Assembly: GCA_002269645.1 (NCBI GenBank)
Contig: NIVC01001375.1
Span: forward strand, 124,001-188,000
Length of the DNA stretch: 64,000 nucleotides
Direction of reading: 5' to 3'
DNA from: Macrostomum lignano
Lineage: Eukaryota
The notes under the pieces were generated by a model. That model saw only the letters and a list, made by a program, of their open reading frames with translations. It was not told where the DNA came from and did no database searches. The position numbers were made by a program, and so were the translations under genes. This document shows, one piece after another, positions 25,375-41,145 of this stretch (position 1 is its first letter; every line of letters starts with the position of its first letter).

Positions 25375-27770
25375 TGCCATGAAGTCTGACATGAGTTCTT
25401 CATGTCATGAAATCTGACATGAGTTCTTCATGTCATGAAGTCTGACATGAGTTCTTCATGTCATGAAATCTGACATGAGTTCTTCATGTCATGAAGTCTG
25501 ACATGAGTTCGTGTAGTCTGTCTAGCATAATGCCATGAAGTCTGACATGATTTCGTGTAGCCTGTCTAGCATAATGCCATGAAGTCTGACATGATTTCGT
25601 GTAGTCTGTCTAGCATAATGCCATGAAGTCTGACATGATTTCGTGTAGCCTGTCTAGCATAATGCCATGAAGTCTGACATGATTTCGTGTAGCCTGTCTA
25701 GCATAATGCCATGAAGTCTGACATGATTTCGTGTAGTCTGTCTAGCATAATGTCATGAAGTCTGACATGAGTTCGTGTAGCCTGTCTAGCATAATGCCAT
25801 GAAGTCTGACATGATTTCGTGTAGTCTGTCTAGCATAATGCCATGAAGTCTGACATGATTTCGTGTAGTCTGTCTAGCATAATGTCATGAAGTCTGACAT
25901 GAGTTCGTGTAGCCTGTCTAGCATAATGCCATGAAGTCTGACATGATTTCGTGTAGTCTGTCTAGCATAATAATGCCATGAAGTCTGACATGATTTCGTG
26001 TAGCCTGTCTAGCATAATGCCATGAAGTCTGACATGATTTCGTGTAGTCTGTCTAGCATAATGTCATGAAGTCTGACATGAGTTCGTGTAGCCTGTCTAG
26101 CATAATGCCATGAAGTCTGACATGATTTCGTGTAGCCTGTCTAGCATAATGCCATGAAGTCTGACATGAGTTCGTGTAGCCTGTCTAGCATAATGCCATG
26201 AAGTCTGACATGATTTCGTGTAGCCTGTCTAGCATAATAATGCCATGAAGTCTGACATGATTTCGTGTAGCCTGTCTAGCATAATGCCATGAAGTCTGAC
26301 ATGATTTCGTGTAGTCTGTCTAGCATAATGCCATGAAGTCTGACATGATTTCGTGTAGTCTGTCTAGCATAATGTCATGAAGTCTGACATGAGTTCGTGT
26401 AGCCTGTCTAGCATAATGCCATGAAGTCTGACATGATTTCGTGTAGTCTGTCTAGCATAATAATGCCATGAAGTCTGACATGATTTCGTGTAGTCTGTCT
26501 AGCATAATGCCATGAAGTCTGACATGATTTCGTGTAGTCTGTCTAGCATAATGTCATGAAGTCTGACATGATTTCGTGTAGTCTGTCTAGCATAATGCCA
26601 TGAAGTCTGACATGATTTCGTGTAGTCTGTCTAGCATAATGCCATGAAGTCTGACATGATTTCGAGTAGTCTGTCTAGCATAATGTCATGAAGTCTGACA
26701 TGAGTTCGTGTAGCCTGTCTAGCATAATGCCATGAAGTCTGACATGATTTCGTGTAGTCTGTCTAGCATAATGCCATGAAGTCTGACATGATTTCGTGTA
26801 GTCTGTCTAGCATAATGCCATGAAGTCTGACATGATTTCGTGTAGTCTGTCTAGCATAATGCCATGAAGTCTGACATGATTTCGAGTAGTCTGTCTAGCA
26901 TAATGTCATGAAGTCTGACATGAGTTCGTGTAGCCTGTCTAGCATAATGCCATGAAGTCTGACATGATTTCGTGTAGTCTGTCTAGCATAATGCCATGAA
27001 GTCTGACATGATTTCGTGTAGTCTGTCTAGCATAATGCCATGAAGTCTGACATGATTTCGAGTAGTCTGTCTAGCATAATGTCATGAAGTCTGACATGAG
27101 TTCGTGTAGTCTGTCTAGCATAATGTCATGAAGTCTGACATGATTTCGTGTAGTCTGTCTAGCATAATGCCATGAAGTCTGACATGATTTCGTGTAGTCT
27201 GTCTAGCATAATGCCATGAAGTCTGACATGATTTCGAGTAGTCTGTCTAGCATAATGTCATGAAGTCTGACATGAGTTCGTGTAGCCTGTCTAGCATAAT
27301 GCCATGAAGTCTGACATGATTTCGTGTATCCTGTCTAGCATAATGCCATGAAGTCTGACATGAGTTCGTGTAGTCTGTCTAGCATAATGCCATGAAGTCT
27401 GACATGATTTCGTGTAGTCTGTCTAGCATAATGTCATGAAGTCTGACATGATTTCGTGTAGTCTGTCTAGCATAATGCCATGAAGTCTGACATGATTTCG
27501 TGTAGTCTGTCTAGCATAATGCCATGAAGTCTGACATGATTTCGAGTAGTCTGTCTAGCATAATGTCATGAAGTCTGACATGAGTTCGTGTAGCCTGTCT
27601 AGCATAATGCCATGAAGTCTGACATGATTTCGTGTAGTCTGTCTAGCATAATGCCATGAAGTCTGACATGATTTCGTGTAGCCTGTCTAGCATAATGCCA
27701 TGAAGTCTGACATGATTTCGTGTAGTCTGTCTAGCATAATGCCATGAAGTCTGACATGAGTTCGTGAAGT
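25375..27770. repeat. 44-bp minisatellite (~50 units; CATGAAGTCTGACATGATTTCGTGTAGTCTGTCTAGCATAATGC) preceded by 28-bp palindromic units
   Basis: Period 44 measured between 25531 and 25575. Confidence 0.97.
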
Positions 27771-29278
27771 GTCATAAACAAAATATGAATAAAAATGTGC
27801 CACTACCCAGATAAGAGAAGACCCCTGTTTGTAGTGCCATACATGGTATTTGCCGAGGCAAAGAATACAGCTTGACCACTAAGAGACCAGCCGTGCAGTA
27901 ACAACATCAGCTAAGAGGCGCAATAGGCAAGAATGCAGAAGCGAAGCGTTCTCGCGCTAGTGAAAATCTGATTACTGACCGACTTGGCTAGCAGAGGTCT
28001 GAGAATTTTCCCCCGCGGGCGAAATCCATTTTTATCCCAATCCCGCCGCGATGTTGGGGCGGTCACTCGCTCGGCACTCTCAACCCGATCTCAATCCATC
28101 TCCCCCGGCATCTCGGCCATCGGCAAGATTGCGGGGGCCCCCGGCCGCCAGGACGAACTGCACTTTGTAATTATGATGATGAAGAAGTTGTTTCGTTTGG
28201 TCACTGCCTCAGCTGAGCTGAGCTGAGCTGATCTGAGGGCCGTCTCTTTTTATCTTGACCTGATTTATGAAGTCCCCTGTCGAGGGATGTAACACAAAAT
28301 CCTGAGGCTCTTTCCCTAACCGCAAGAAATGTTCAAGCAATAAATCACGCCGCGCCGGTGGCGGCGGCAGGCGAAACTGCAAGAATTTCATTTTATTGAC
28401 TTCATCCATCTTTTTTCTGGAGTCCACTCGCTGAGATTAAGATCGCACACCAGCAGGACGCCAAAGCTTTTGATGAAAAAAGACATTTAAAAAGGGGAAC
28501 AGATAAGAAACATTAAGGACAGCCGTGTTGTGTCCAGCTGTAAGGGTCAACTTTAATGGGACCCTGCTGTGTGCGATGTGTGCAACTTGATTGCTCAGGA
28601 GGCCAGCTGACTCTCTCGTCACTCTTCCTTGTCACTGCCTCTCTCTCTCTCTTTAAGCTTCTCCCTCGTCACTCTTGCTTGTCACTCTCTCTCGTAGCTT
28701 CTCTCGTCACTCTTCCTTGTCATTCCCTCTCTCTCCCTCTTTCTTTTCTTTTCACTCTACTGAGGCCTTGTCACTAGACTCTCGAGTCACTATGACCTTA
28801 CCACTATACCTCGCAAGCTTAATGCTACCAATGGGAGCTAATGCTTCTTGCTCTAGATCAGCTCAACTTCGACATCCAAGCAGAGCAAGTTGGCAACTGT
28901 TAATTCTAGTTTTTTCCAACACTTTCGTGCAATTCCGAGAGTTGACAGCGCACAAATTGATAAGTCTCCTCTTTCCCGCGGGACGAAGAAGCAGTTCAAA
29001 GTGTCTCAAATTCTCAACTTTGCTTCGTAGCTAGCCTAGCGTCGTGCTGTGATGACGTAACACGCAGGGGAAAAATTCGAGTTCTGGTAGTTAAGGGATA
29101 TCCTCTCGCTCAGACTCTCAGGAGTCTGCCGCTGATAATTGCTGGGAGAAGCTGGGAGGCTGATAAATGAGACTGGCGCTTCTCATATGACGAACAGGAT
29201 TTAAGTGGCGGCCGGCAGCGCCTTAGTTCGATTCCGCGGCGAAAGGCCAAATTAATTTAGGGTTCACGCCCGGACAGC

Positions 29279-29380
<102 letters not shown>

Positions 29381-29471
29381 CTTTATCAGTGATAGCACGG
29401 CTCCTGCTCAAGTGGTACTCGTGAGTGGTCAGTGAAAAGTCAGCACTGGCCCTTACGCAAGACACACTCAC

Positions 29472-29561
29472 CCCTCGGCAATTGACATTTCTAGTGCAAG
29501 ACTCTAAAAGTCGTTGCGGATTGCGCAGCAACTCCGGCAGCTCCGTTGCCGCATTTGACGT
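29472..29561 (-). CDS. KAL1: KAL1 exon 2 (90 nt): TSNAATELPELLRNPQRLLESCTRNVNCRG (Cys box)
   Basis: Acceptor tttatttctactttcAG, donor GTGAGT, phase 0-0. Joined to exon 3 it gives C-x5-C-x2-C, as recalled for anosmin. Confidence 0.82.
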
Positions 29562-30094
29562 CTGAAAGTAGAAATAAATTTAATTATTTTTTAGTTACTG
29601 CATACTCAGTATATATATTATCTATAAATGAATACTATAACAGAATTTGTGCGCTAATGAATTGCAAATCGGACACATAAGATAATCATATTTATTATCA
29701 CACTCTCCAGCGAGCCGCCAAATCTCTCTATATAAAACGGGATTTTCTTTGACTCTCCTCGGATCATCGCGGCTCGGGGGAGCTGCTATCTCACAGATCA
29801 GATTTGCATTTAATAGCTAAAATATGCTAATTCAAATCAGCGGGGAATCTGGACCCTCCGAGAAATGAAAATTGTGAGAACTTGAGAAGCCGTGAGAACT
29901 TGCGCGCCGGAATGACTGCTCAGTGATGCTGGGGACTGGTTTGATGAAGCTAATCTCTTACCGTACCCCTTTTCAGTGTCAGGGGAAGTAAGATAGAGAA
30001 GGCGTTTGCAGTGACACGATGACTAAGTGTCTGATTCGGAATATCTGGTGTGTAAGAATAACTGAAACTTTGCAAAACCTTCACCTTCACCTTC

Positions 30095-30370
30095 ACAAAC
30101 CAGAATCTCACAAACCAGAATATTCACAAACCAGAATATTCACAAACCAGAATCTTCACAAACCAGAATCTTCACAACCTAAAATCTTTACAACCTAGAA
30201 TCTTCACGACCCAGAATCATCGCAACCTAGAGTCATCACAACCCAGAATATTCACAACCTAGAATCTTCACAACCTAGAATATTCACAACCCAGAATCTA
30301 CACAACCTAGAATATTCACAACCTAGAATCTTCACAAACCAGAATCTTCTCAACCCAAATCTTCACAACC
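30095..30370. repeat. Degenerate ~18-bp repeat (CACAAACCAGAATCTT family); related array at 35325-35790
   Basis: Shared GAATCTTCACAA core. Confidence 0.8.
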
Positions 30371-31442
30371 AATCAACCAATTCTTTTGTACGGAGCGTCC
30401 TGTTGAGGCGTTTAACTTTTTGGCTTGCTCATTATTTCCAACCCTCAATTCGGCAGTCTTTGTTCTTCTTTATCCTGTGGAAAATATTTCATAACTATAG
30501 AATCGTTACAACTATGGAAGATTCAAGAATAGTAGACAAGGAAGGACAGACGGACACGGCGCGGCGCACAAAGACCCTATCCAATCAATCCTTCCACAGG
30601 AGGCACCAGCTGAGATATTAATTATAGCGAGGGAAGTTCAGAAACCCCAGCCAGAATTGGCGGCAAAAGAGGATGCCACCCAAGCCGATGCGAGTCATCC
30701 AGTCAAACAGAAATGAATCCCCCCCTCGACCAAGACCGAACCCTCGAATCGGGAGGAGCAGCAAAACACGCGCAACCTGGCACCTTCATTTCCTTCCTAC
30801 GCATATTCCTCTTCCTCTCTGTCTCGCTCTCGATGTCGCCCAGGTCCCAGTAGGTGGGGACGGAGAGAGCCTGTATTGCGGAAGGCAATCCCCAATATTC
30901 GATTGCCGGCAAAAATGGCCGTAGGGAGAACCGGCCTCTCTCTTGACGGGGAAACTTCTGCTTCTTCTTCCCATTATATATTTCTAAAATACCCCTCATA
31001 CATTCGCATCTCGCCTCGCTCCCCTCCTTGTTTACAGATTGAGTCACACCCCTTCGACACCGCGCACCGGCAACTCTCCAACCCCCCATTTTTCCTTCCT
31101 AGAAAATATTCGAGGAAAGCCGCCTGCATGGGCAGTTCGGTTCAGTTTAAGAGGCCCACCGACCCCCCGCCGGGAGCCTGTAATCAAGCCGCCATAGCAA
31201 CTCCCCCCCCCTTACGCCGGGGAATTGTCGCCTGGCTTTTAAACTGCACGCCTCTTGGCTCTCCAGGCTCCACTCCAGTTTTAAAACCATCGTTCGTTGC
31301 CTCGGAAATTTTTTTCTATTATGCCGCCCTGGGGGAGGCCTCTCAGTCCGATTTGGGATGAGCGAATGACGAAATTCTGTCCGCCTGTCTCTTCACCCGA
31401 AGTTCGGATGGTCCACTTCAGCGATTCTCCATAACAGACAAG

Positions 31443-32193
<751 letters not shown>

Positions 32194-32936
32194 ACAGGCA
32201 TAGCTTCCTTCAAATTCCCAAGACACCGGACAAAATGTCAGCCGCAACGCGCCAGTCAAGTCAATCTTTTCTACCGCAAGAAAAAACTTCAGGACAGTTC
32301 CTGTCAGTGTCTTCCTTTTGTTAGATTCACCCGATTTCGCATTATCCTCGCTCAGCGCCCGTAGCCGCTAATCCTAATCCCATATACTCGCCCAACTGTA
32401 AGGCGCGATCCCGGGGAAAAGCTTGAGCAGCTAGCAGAGAACCGGAAGCAGGCTGGCTGACTGGCGTGGGATAGGTGAGACCTGAAAATGGGCAGTCACC
32501 CACCACCCCCAGAGTCAACCGCCGGGCCTCGCTGACTCAACTATTGCTCAACTATAGGCAGCGCACACATGCCTGGAAGTTTTGTCACTCTCCGCTTTAT
32601 TTACACTCGGCAGCTCAAAGCCGAATAAATTATGAGTATAGACTGACTATATATGAGAAGTAATCTGCTCAAACTGGAACTCTCTCCTCCCCTGTCGGCT
32701 CACGTCCGGTGGGAGAAAAATTTGAGCTAAGGAAATTTGTCACTGAATTATTCTCAGTAGCTAAAAAGGACGGTGTGTCGCATGAGCAACAGATCGGGTC
32801 TTTGTTGTGCGGCTGGTACATAAATCCATTAAAATCCAGGATTAATGAGTAGATTGTCGATTACGTTAATTTCACTGATTAGACTCAATGATTTCGAGAT
32901 AGTGTCTTTTCAGTGATCCCGCTGCTATATTTGAGT

Positions 32937-33335
<399 letters not shown>

Positions 33336-34099
33336 TCGATCAACAGAATCCACTGAAAGTCACTCCAGCTCCAACGCATCCACATCCTTTACCCAACTTC
33401 CTTCCTTGGTCTGGCCTGAGGATTACCCTTCTCCCTCTGGCACAAATCCCACGCAGCCTCTTCACCGCGCCTGCCCCCTCTGCCTGGCATCCCCGGAAGC
33501 GGCTTCATCCCGCACTGCGCCAATGCCCCATAGTCTCACTCTGCAAGAGTGAGTTTTTCCTATACCCCGTCAGCGGTCCGCTCAAACTCTTGGACCAGCC
33601 AACAAAAGACCAAAGTCAAGCCACTCATCGATCTATATGCCCGACTATGACTCTGCGGTGTGATGCATTCCGCATATGCCACCTTCGCGCGCACTTGAGT
33701 CGAGTAGGGTCTGCCCAGAATGCGACAGACAGCCACTTCAAGGACCCAGCCGAAAGAGAAAGATCTGACTAAATGACTAACGTGGAAGTGGATGGAGTGT
33801 GTTGAAAAAAAGCAGCAAAGCATTCTTCACAGCCCACAGGATGCAGGCGTGCGTCGATCAATTCTCGCACCTGCAGGCCTCTTAGATTACTTTTTGCGCG
33901 ACAAAATTTTGTTTGCAAAAAACTTGGCTACAAATTGATTGAATTGTGTTTGCAAAAAACCGAGCCTACAGAGTGAAGTGTTATCGGCTTTTTCCTTGCC
34001 AACTCTCTATTCATGGTAAAATGTAAAAAAAATGGAATCGCCCTTTTCTACATCTCCTCTCAATCTCTCTCTCTCCCACTCTCTCTCTCTCCCTCTCCC

Positions 34100-34440
34100 T
34101 CTCTAGATCTCATTTCTGCCCCTACGAGTGAGATCTCCTCTCTGCCTCTAGATCTCTACTTCTATAGATTTCCCTTCTAGATCTCATATTTTCCTCTAGA
34201 TCTCCCTCTATCCCTAGATCTTCCTCTATATTTCATCTTTTAATCTAGATTTAATCTCTGCCTCTAGATTTGTCCCTCTACAGTATATCTACTCTCTCCC
34301 TCTAGATCTCTCCCTCAAGATCTCTCTCCCTCTAGATCTCTCTCCCTCTAGATCTCTCTCCCTCTAGATCTCTTCCTCTAGATCTCTCTCTAGATCTCTC
34401 CTAGATCTCTCTCTACATTTCATCTCTCCCTCTAGATCGC
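34100..34440. repeat. Degenerate CTCTAGATCTC repeat
   Basis: Recurrent CTAGATCT core in a pyrimidine-rich tract. Confidence 0.75.
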
Positions 34441-35324
34441 CTCTGTTCTTTTAGACCTACTAACTAATTGTGTCGCCAAGTTATCAACACAACATATCGG
34501 GGGAATCGACTGTAGCAATACTTATTAAGTTTTAAAACTAACTTTGAAGAAAAATCTGCCGATCAGAATAGAGATTTTCAATATCTTTGGCCATCAAGAG
34601 GCATAGGCAGTGACCTGTAATCTATCTTTCATCTCGGAATTTTCGACTATTTTTTGAATAGAGAAGGCCATTAATTATTCAGGCATCGCAGCGGTCAGTG
34701 GAAAGCAGCAACTTCCTTCCTCCGCACCGACGTAGCCGCAACAGACCTCAAGAAAGTTTCAGATTCAGTTACAACATCATTGTTCATCTTTTCACCTTTC
34801 TCTGTTGCTGGCTTGACAAACTGCACGCGAAAATAAAAAATGGTTGCCCAATACATTCGCATATAAGCAACTGAAGACGCTTCAAAAAAATAGGTACACA
34901 CACACAGAGGGACAGGCAAAGCTACGTCTTGCAAAGGTAACAAATTGCTGTCAACTGTTTTCTATACCCATACCGGGAGGCTATAAGTGGGTAGATAAGT
35001 GTGAACCTTTCGGAATGAACAGCCTTATACAAGCTTAGAATTCTCGACACTTCTGTTGTAACTTTCGAAGTTTGGACACAGTCAGCGTCCAGGAAGGAGT
35101 TTCGCCCCCCCCCCTGCCTACTAGGTTTCAGGTAAAAGATCGATGCGCAAAACTTTCTTGCGAAAGAAGAACTTACTAATTATCAAAAGGATCGCCTAAT
35201 CTAAACTACATGCATGCCCACGTGTACCAAAAAACAGAAATATTGCAGTCTCAATATGAAACTTAACTGTGTATAAACAGCTAGAAATGTACAACTTCAA
35301 GGATGCATGAAAGTTCACGAAGCT

Positions 35325-35790
35325 GTAATCTTCACAATACCCGAATACTCAGAAACTGTAATCTTCACAAAATCCGAATCTTTACGAAACTGTAATCTTC
35401 ACAATACCCGAATACTCAGAAACTGTAATCTTTACGAAACTGTAATCTTCACGAAACTGTAATCTTCACGAAACTGTAATCTTCACGAAACTGTAATCTT
35501 CACGAAACTGTAATCTTCACGAAACTGTAATCTCCACAAAACCAGAATCTTCACAAAACTTAAATCTTTACAAAATCCGAATCTTCACAAAACTCGAATC
35601 TTCACAAAACTCGAATCTTCACAAAACTCGAATCTTCACAAAACTCGAATCTTTACAAAACCCAGAATCTTCACGAAACCCCGAATCTTCACGAAACTGT
35701 AATCTTCCAAAATCCCGAATCTTTATGAAACTGTAATCTTCACAATACCCGAACACTCAGAATTCAGAAACTGTAATCTTCACAAAATGC
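35325..35790. repeat. Degenerate ~19-bp repeat (CACGAAACTGTAATCTT / CACAAAACTCGAATCTT)
   Basis: Tandem units read directly. Confidence 0.85.
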
Positions 35791-36959
35791 GAATCGTCTC
35801 AAAACTAATAAGGACCTTCACCATTTGCCCAGCGAATACAATGCGCACTTTCGAACCTTCCTGTTCGAATTTATGAGCTCTGATTAAAAACCGAACTCAG
35901 AAAAGAGGCAGAGTTAAAGGAGGAAAAATTCTTTAAAATATAGGGAAAATATCAATGCGTCAGCTTTTCCATTTCACGTGTGTGTGTGCTCAGGCGATAC
36001 GCTTCGCTAGTCAAGCAGCAGAGGGAAGGACGGACCGAAAAAAATCGGGTCCGCAATATTTTCGGCAGTTTCCGCTTAATAGCAAAGCAGAGAATCTTTA
36101 TTAAGAAGAGGAGGCAAGCCTTGGGGAGAAAAATCCCCATCGGAGTTAGGGGGACAGAGGATATCAACAGGACTAGCTAGGGATCTTGATAGTTCTCGTT
36201 TTTGCCCTTCGAGTAAAGAGTCCAAAACTTTCTTTTATAGATTCGAATCGGCCTCTCAATTCCACTGGGAAAAAGACTCGCTTATATTGATTGTCGTTTT
36301 CGCCTGGGAAGGAACGAATCCCCATGAAAATCCCCCCTTGAAGGCACACGACTTGCTAATAATCCTCTTTTTTTCCTTCTCAATATCCCCCACGCCTGGG
36401 AGCTCGCACCTGTTTCAGATCCCCTACTGGAATCCCAATTTTATAGGTATGTATAGATTTTGCGGAAAATTATAGATGCGTAACATAAGTACTTAAAGTT
36501 TAGAGGTAGGCTACTCATCAATATGAGCATCTTGGGGGGGGGGGGTTATTTTATGAGAATAATAGTATCTAGGCCTCGATTTCGTCTTCACTTTTTATTA
36601 TTCGCTCAGCCAGTCTGTCACTGCTAATTACCGAGTGAGACCAACCAAAATTAATTCTGATTAGCCTGCCCTAGCAGCGGAGTCTACTGGGATTCGAACT
36701 GCAACGTCTCGCCAGGATCCCCTGAGATATTTTTGCCTCTGCTTTAAGTCTTGTGCAGACTTATTCTCGTATTAACTTGAGGCCAAGGATTGGCGTTGAC
36801 AACAGGCATGGTTTTGTTGCTTGGCCCGGTTTTCGTTTTAGCTCGTATTTGGAACGTTCCAAACTTGTTTTGATCTTAAATTCTTATTTTATCGCACACT
36901 TAGCGGCCAAGCGTTTCATGCATCTGGCTGGGGTGCCTTCATCGCGACCTAAATTTCAT

Positions 36960-38005
36960 TCTGGCCTGTCTCTCTCCTGTCTCTGACCTGTCTCTCTCCT
37001 GTCTCTGACCTGTCTCTCTCCTGTCTCTGGCCTGTATCTTGGCCTGTCTCTCTCCTGCCTCTCTCCTGTCTCTCTCCTGTCTCTGGCCTGTCTCTCTCCT
37101 GTCTCTGACCTGTCTCTCTCCTGTCTCTGGGCTGTATCTTGGCCTGTCTCTCTCCTGTCTCTCTCCTGTCTCTGGCCTGTCTCTCTCCTGTCTCTGACCT
37201 GTCTCTCTCCTGTCTCTGGGCTGTATCTTGGCCTGTCTCTCTCCTGTCTCTCTCCTGTCTCTGGCATGTCTGTCTCCTGTCTCTGGCATGTCTCTCTCCT
37301 GTCTCTGGCATGTCTCTCTCCTGTCTCTGGCATGTCTCTCTCCTGTCTCTGGCATGTCTCTCTCCTGTCTCTGGCATGTCTCTCTCCTGTCTCTGGCATG
37401 TCTCTCTCCTGTCTCTGGCATGTCTCTCTCCTGTCTCTCTCCTGTCTCTGGCATGTCTCTCTCCTGTCTCTGGCCTGTCTCTCTCCTGTCGCTGGCCTGT
37501 CTCTGGCCTGTCTCTGGCCTGTCTCTCTCCTGTCTCTGGCATGTCTCTCTCCTGTCTCTGGCCTGTCTCTGGCCTGTCTCTCTCCTGTCTCTGGCCTGTC
37601 TCTCTCCTGTCGCTGGCCTGTCTCTCTCCTGTCGCTGGCCTGTCTCTCTCCTGTCGCTGGCCTGTCTCTGGCCTGTCTCTGGCCTGTCTCTCTCCTGTCT
37701 CTGGCATGTCTCTCTCCTGTCTCTGGCCTGTCTCTCTCCTGTCTCTGGCCTGTCTCTGGTCTGTCTCTCTCCTGTCGCTGGCCTGTCTCTGGCCTGTCTC
37801 TCTCCTGTCGCTGGCCTGTCTCTCTCCTGTCGCTGGCCTGTCTCTGGCCTGTCTCTGGCCTGTCTCTCTCCTGTCTCTGGCCTGTCTCTTGCCTGTCTCT
37901 GGCCTGTCTCTCTCCTGTCGCTGGCCTGTCTCTCTCCTGTCGCTGGCCTGTCTCTCTCCTGTCGCTGGCCTGTCTCTCTCCTGTCTCTGGCCTGTCTCTC
38001 TAATG
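36960..38005. repeat. 11-bp minisatellite (CCTGTCTCTCT / CCTGTCTCTGG variants)
   Basis: Tandem units read directly. Confidence 0.95.
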
Positions 38006-40934
38006 TCTCTGGCTTGCTCTTAGCTTGACTTCAACCTCTAAGTCATTTATCTCCCTCTCTCTGTCCGTCTATCTTTCTCGTTCTAAATTCAGTCTCTGCT
38101 CACTGCTGTCAATGTCAATATTGCTGGCCGTGTCAATCAAATTGAGACGAGAAGGAGAGGAGAGACGAAGAGCAGACTCAAAGCGAGCAAGTAGCAGTCT
38201 TGGGGGCATCTCCCCAACAGCATGAACGCCAAATTCCGACACCGCAGCCGCACCCCATCCCGTCCTCAGTTGTGCGATCAATACGCGTCTAATTAGTGTG
38301 CGCGGAATTTTTAATCAGCCCCTAGCCAGAGCCACTCCTCTTCGCCCACCAGCGCAGACTCAAGATTGTCCATTGAAAAAACCCGAGGAGCGTACTCTGA
38401 GATACTCTGAGCTGAGCTGAGCTTCTATAAAAAGTGTCTCATACGGTGGGCGGCCCCACTCCAGCGACCCACTTCTTCCTCGACTATACAGTGTCTTACA
38501 TATAACACTATAGCTATATTATAGTTAGGTGGGCCGCCTAATTGCATTTTTGTTGAAGGGAAGATTTTTTTACCGCCGTGGGAGGGACCTGGAGAGTAGA
38601 TAGCCAGAGTAGAAATTCTAGTTATTAATTAAGCTTATAGTGCTATATAGCAGCACAGGTAGGGCAAAAGAAACAAAATCAATCTTCGAAGCTATTTTTA
38701 GAACACACCGAGTCATTTTTCTATGACATCGCTTCTATTTTTAGAAGAACTGATGTACATTTTAGAAAAAAAACAGGAAATTTAAACAATTTTTGTATGA
38801 TTTTGCTTGGCAACTAAAAATCACATTGTCCGATATTTGCTAGTTTTTTCACGGCGAACCATTCCACTTCAAATATTTCCTGCATGATAGTCAGCAGCTA
38901 GTCGACAAAGTGTCACAAAAGACACACTTTTTTCATTTCTTCTTGTCAGAATTTCCAGAAGTTTGCCAGATTTTTATCAGCTAGAATGGGTGGTGCACTG
39001 ACTACAGTCTGGCCAGTGTTGGCTCCATTGCAACACGCATACTTAAATATTATTTGTTAATTTCCAAGCCAAATTGGCACATGCCGCTAAAATAGAGTTT
39101 AGAGATTTTTGTCAATTCACTCCTTCGCTGCAGGAAGGATCCGACCCCGAAGGATTTGAGGTCATGCTGGGCGGTGGGGGACCTGTAGTCAGACAGTCGA
39201 CAGACAGACGGACAGACAGACAGAAGTTAAGATGCCGATAGAAGATTTGCCAGCTTCGGAAACAAAGAAGAAATTTGTGCAAAAAAGACAGAAGTCAAGC
39301 CAAAGAAGGACCGCATTCGTATAGATAGCGGAGGCAATCAGGGAAACTGTGTCATATCACCTCGATCTCCATAATTTTTGCAGAGAAGTCCGGACTTGCC
39401 CCTTTCGAATTTTGTTTCAAGAGTTCAGGGTAGAAAGCAACCGTGAGGCGAACTGTCCTTATTTCTCAATAATAATTTTCTATTTAGCCAGGACCCCCGA
39501 TTCCCTGTGAGAGCATGAGTGCGTGCTCACGAGCAGGAAGGAGTCAGCGGAATTGGCAGAATTTCCTCAGCGCCTGCTGCAGGTGTCATTCATTTTCTTC
39601 GGCAAGATCAAAACGTTAAACGCCAGATTTTCGTAAAGACTTTACTGTTGTTCCTAACAGTCCGATTGCAACCAGAGGTGAAAGCTCCAGGTGTACAGCA
39701 ACTGTCAATGAGTTTTGTATAGGGCAAGTCAGAAGCCCAGAAGAAAGACTCTAGCTTAGGAAGGTCAGCTGATAGATGTTAGATGTCTAATTAGGCTTCA
39801 AGAAAACGCATTACAAAACATGATGGTGAAATATTGTTTTGCACCTTGGGTCTTTGTCTAAAGCGCTCGAATACGTCTTGGCAGTTGTTTTCTTAACGAA
39901 GGTGTACATAAGCTTCAAGCCATGCAGTAGGTATAACTTGCAGAGATCTGGAGGGAATCTGCTTTAGAGTGAAGAGGCCACATAGCATATCCCAACACCC
40001 ATTAACTGACAAGAGGTGACTCCTTATGCCCCATTAGTCCCTATGCCGGTAGTCATTTCGCGAATTTCACTCGACACTGTTATTGTTTTGTCTTTGTCAG
40101 GTGAGGTTGCACGGGGAGCGTTGTCAAGGCGGTGCAAGTGAGGCCTGCCGCGCGGGCCCACAGCAACAAAAAACTGGCATGGCGTGGTGCAGAGCCCGAG
40201 GGGCAAGGGGGCATACAGGAAATCGATTTGAACGTATAATTCCCAGCGGAGTATTTCAAGACACCTGCCTGTCTGTCAGTCTACAGGGAATTTATTATAA
40301 CCACAGCTTGGCCAGGTAAATAGGCAAGGCATGGGTCCGCCATTTTTAGGCCCCCCAAAGCAAAAACCACACTGGTCCAGGTGCGAAAATTCACAACAAT
40401 TGATCTAAACTCTCTCAATTCATTTTGAGTTTGAGCTTCAATATTTCATGACATTGATAGTTATAACTAGGTTGATGACGCATTGTGCACACATTAGTCA
40501 GAGCTGAACAAAAATATGGTAGATGGATTGCGTGGCGTATATAGTATAATATTAATTTCATTTTAACACCTGGGACTGGAAATCGCCTTGGGTGTATATA
40601 GGCCTTAAATACGTAGACAAACACAAGAAGCTGCCCCAGAACAAAGGGAGATTTTCGGAGATTTAAAAACTAGTCGATAGTTAATCAATTAAGACGCTTG
40701 AAAGGTTAAGAATATGCATTAGGGGATTTTGGTAGCGCGGTTCGGTCTCAACTTCCACACGATCCAACAATCACAATTTTTCATTTAAAACCCCCTAAGG
40801 GGAAGATTATAAAAAAGCAATTTTCGGGGCAATTTTTGTTTGAGAAATATAGCTGGAAGCGCCGTGCTCACTGGAGCGTCAACGACTCAATTCGTGAAAT
40901 CTTCTGAGGATCTTGAAGACTTAAATGTAGGATA

Positions 40935-41145
40935 ATCTAATGGAGATTCCGCAATAAAGGTGAGAATAGAGATATAAGGAGATTCCACAATAAAGGTGAG
41001 AATAGAGATCAATGGAGATTCCGCAATAAAGGTGAGAATAGAGATCATAGGAGATTCCGCAATAAAGGTGAGAATAGAGATCAAAGGAGACACCGTAAAG
41101 GTGAGAATAGAGATCAAAGGAGACGCCGTAAAGGTGAGAATACTG
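40935..41145. repeat. 36-bp minisatellite (AAAGGTGAGAATAGAGATCAATGGAGATTCCGCAAT), about 6 units
   Basis: Tandem units; a 12-aa periodicity is visible in the ORF track. Confidence 0.85.

Noticed and set aside
33702-33713. 12-bp reverse-complement match to the 16-bp type A minisatellite unit
   Set aside because: Short enough to be expected by chance in 64 kb.
34695-34830. Exon-like segment on - with a good acceptor (FVKPATEKGEKMNNDVV...) inside KAL1 intron 1
   Set aside because: No recognisable motif, no partner exons, and it is not needed to complete the anosmin Cys box.
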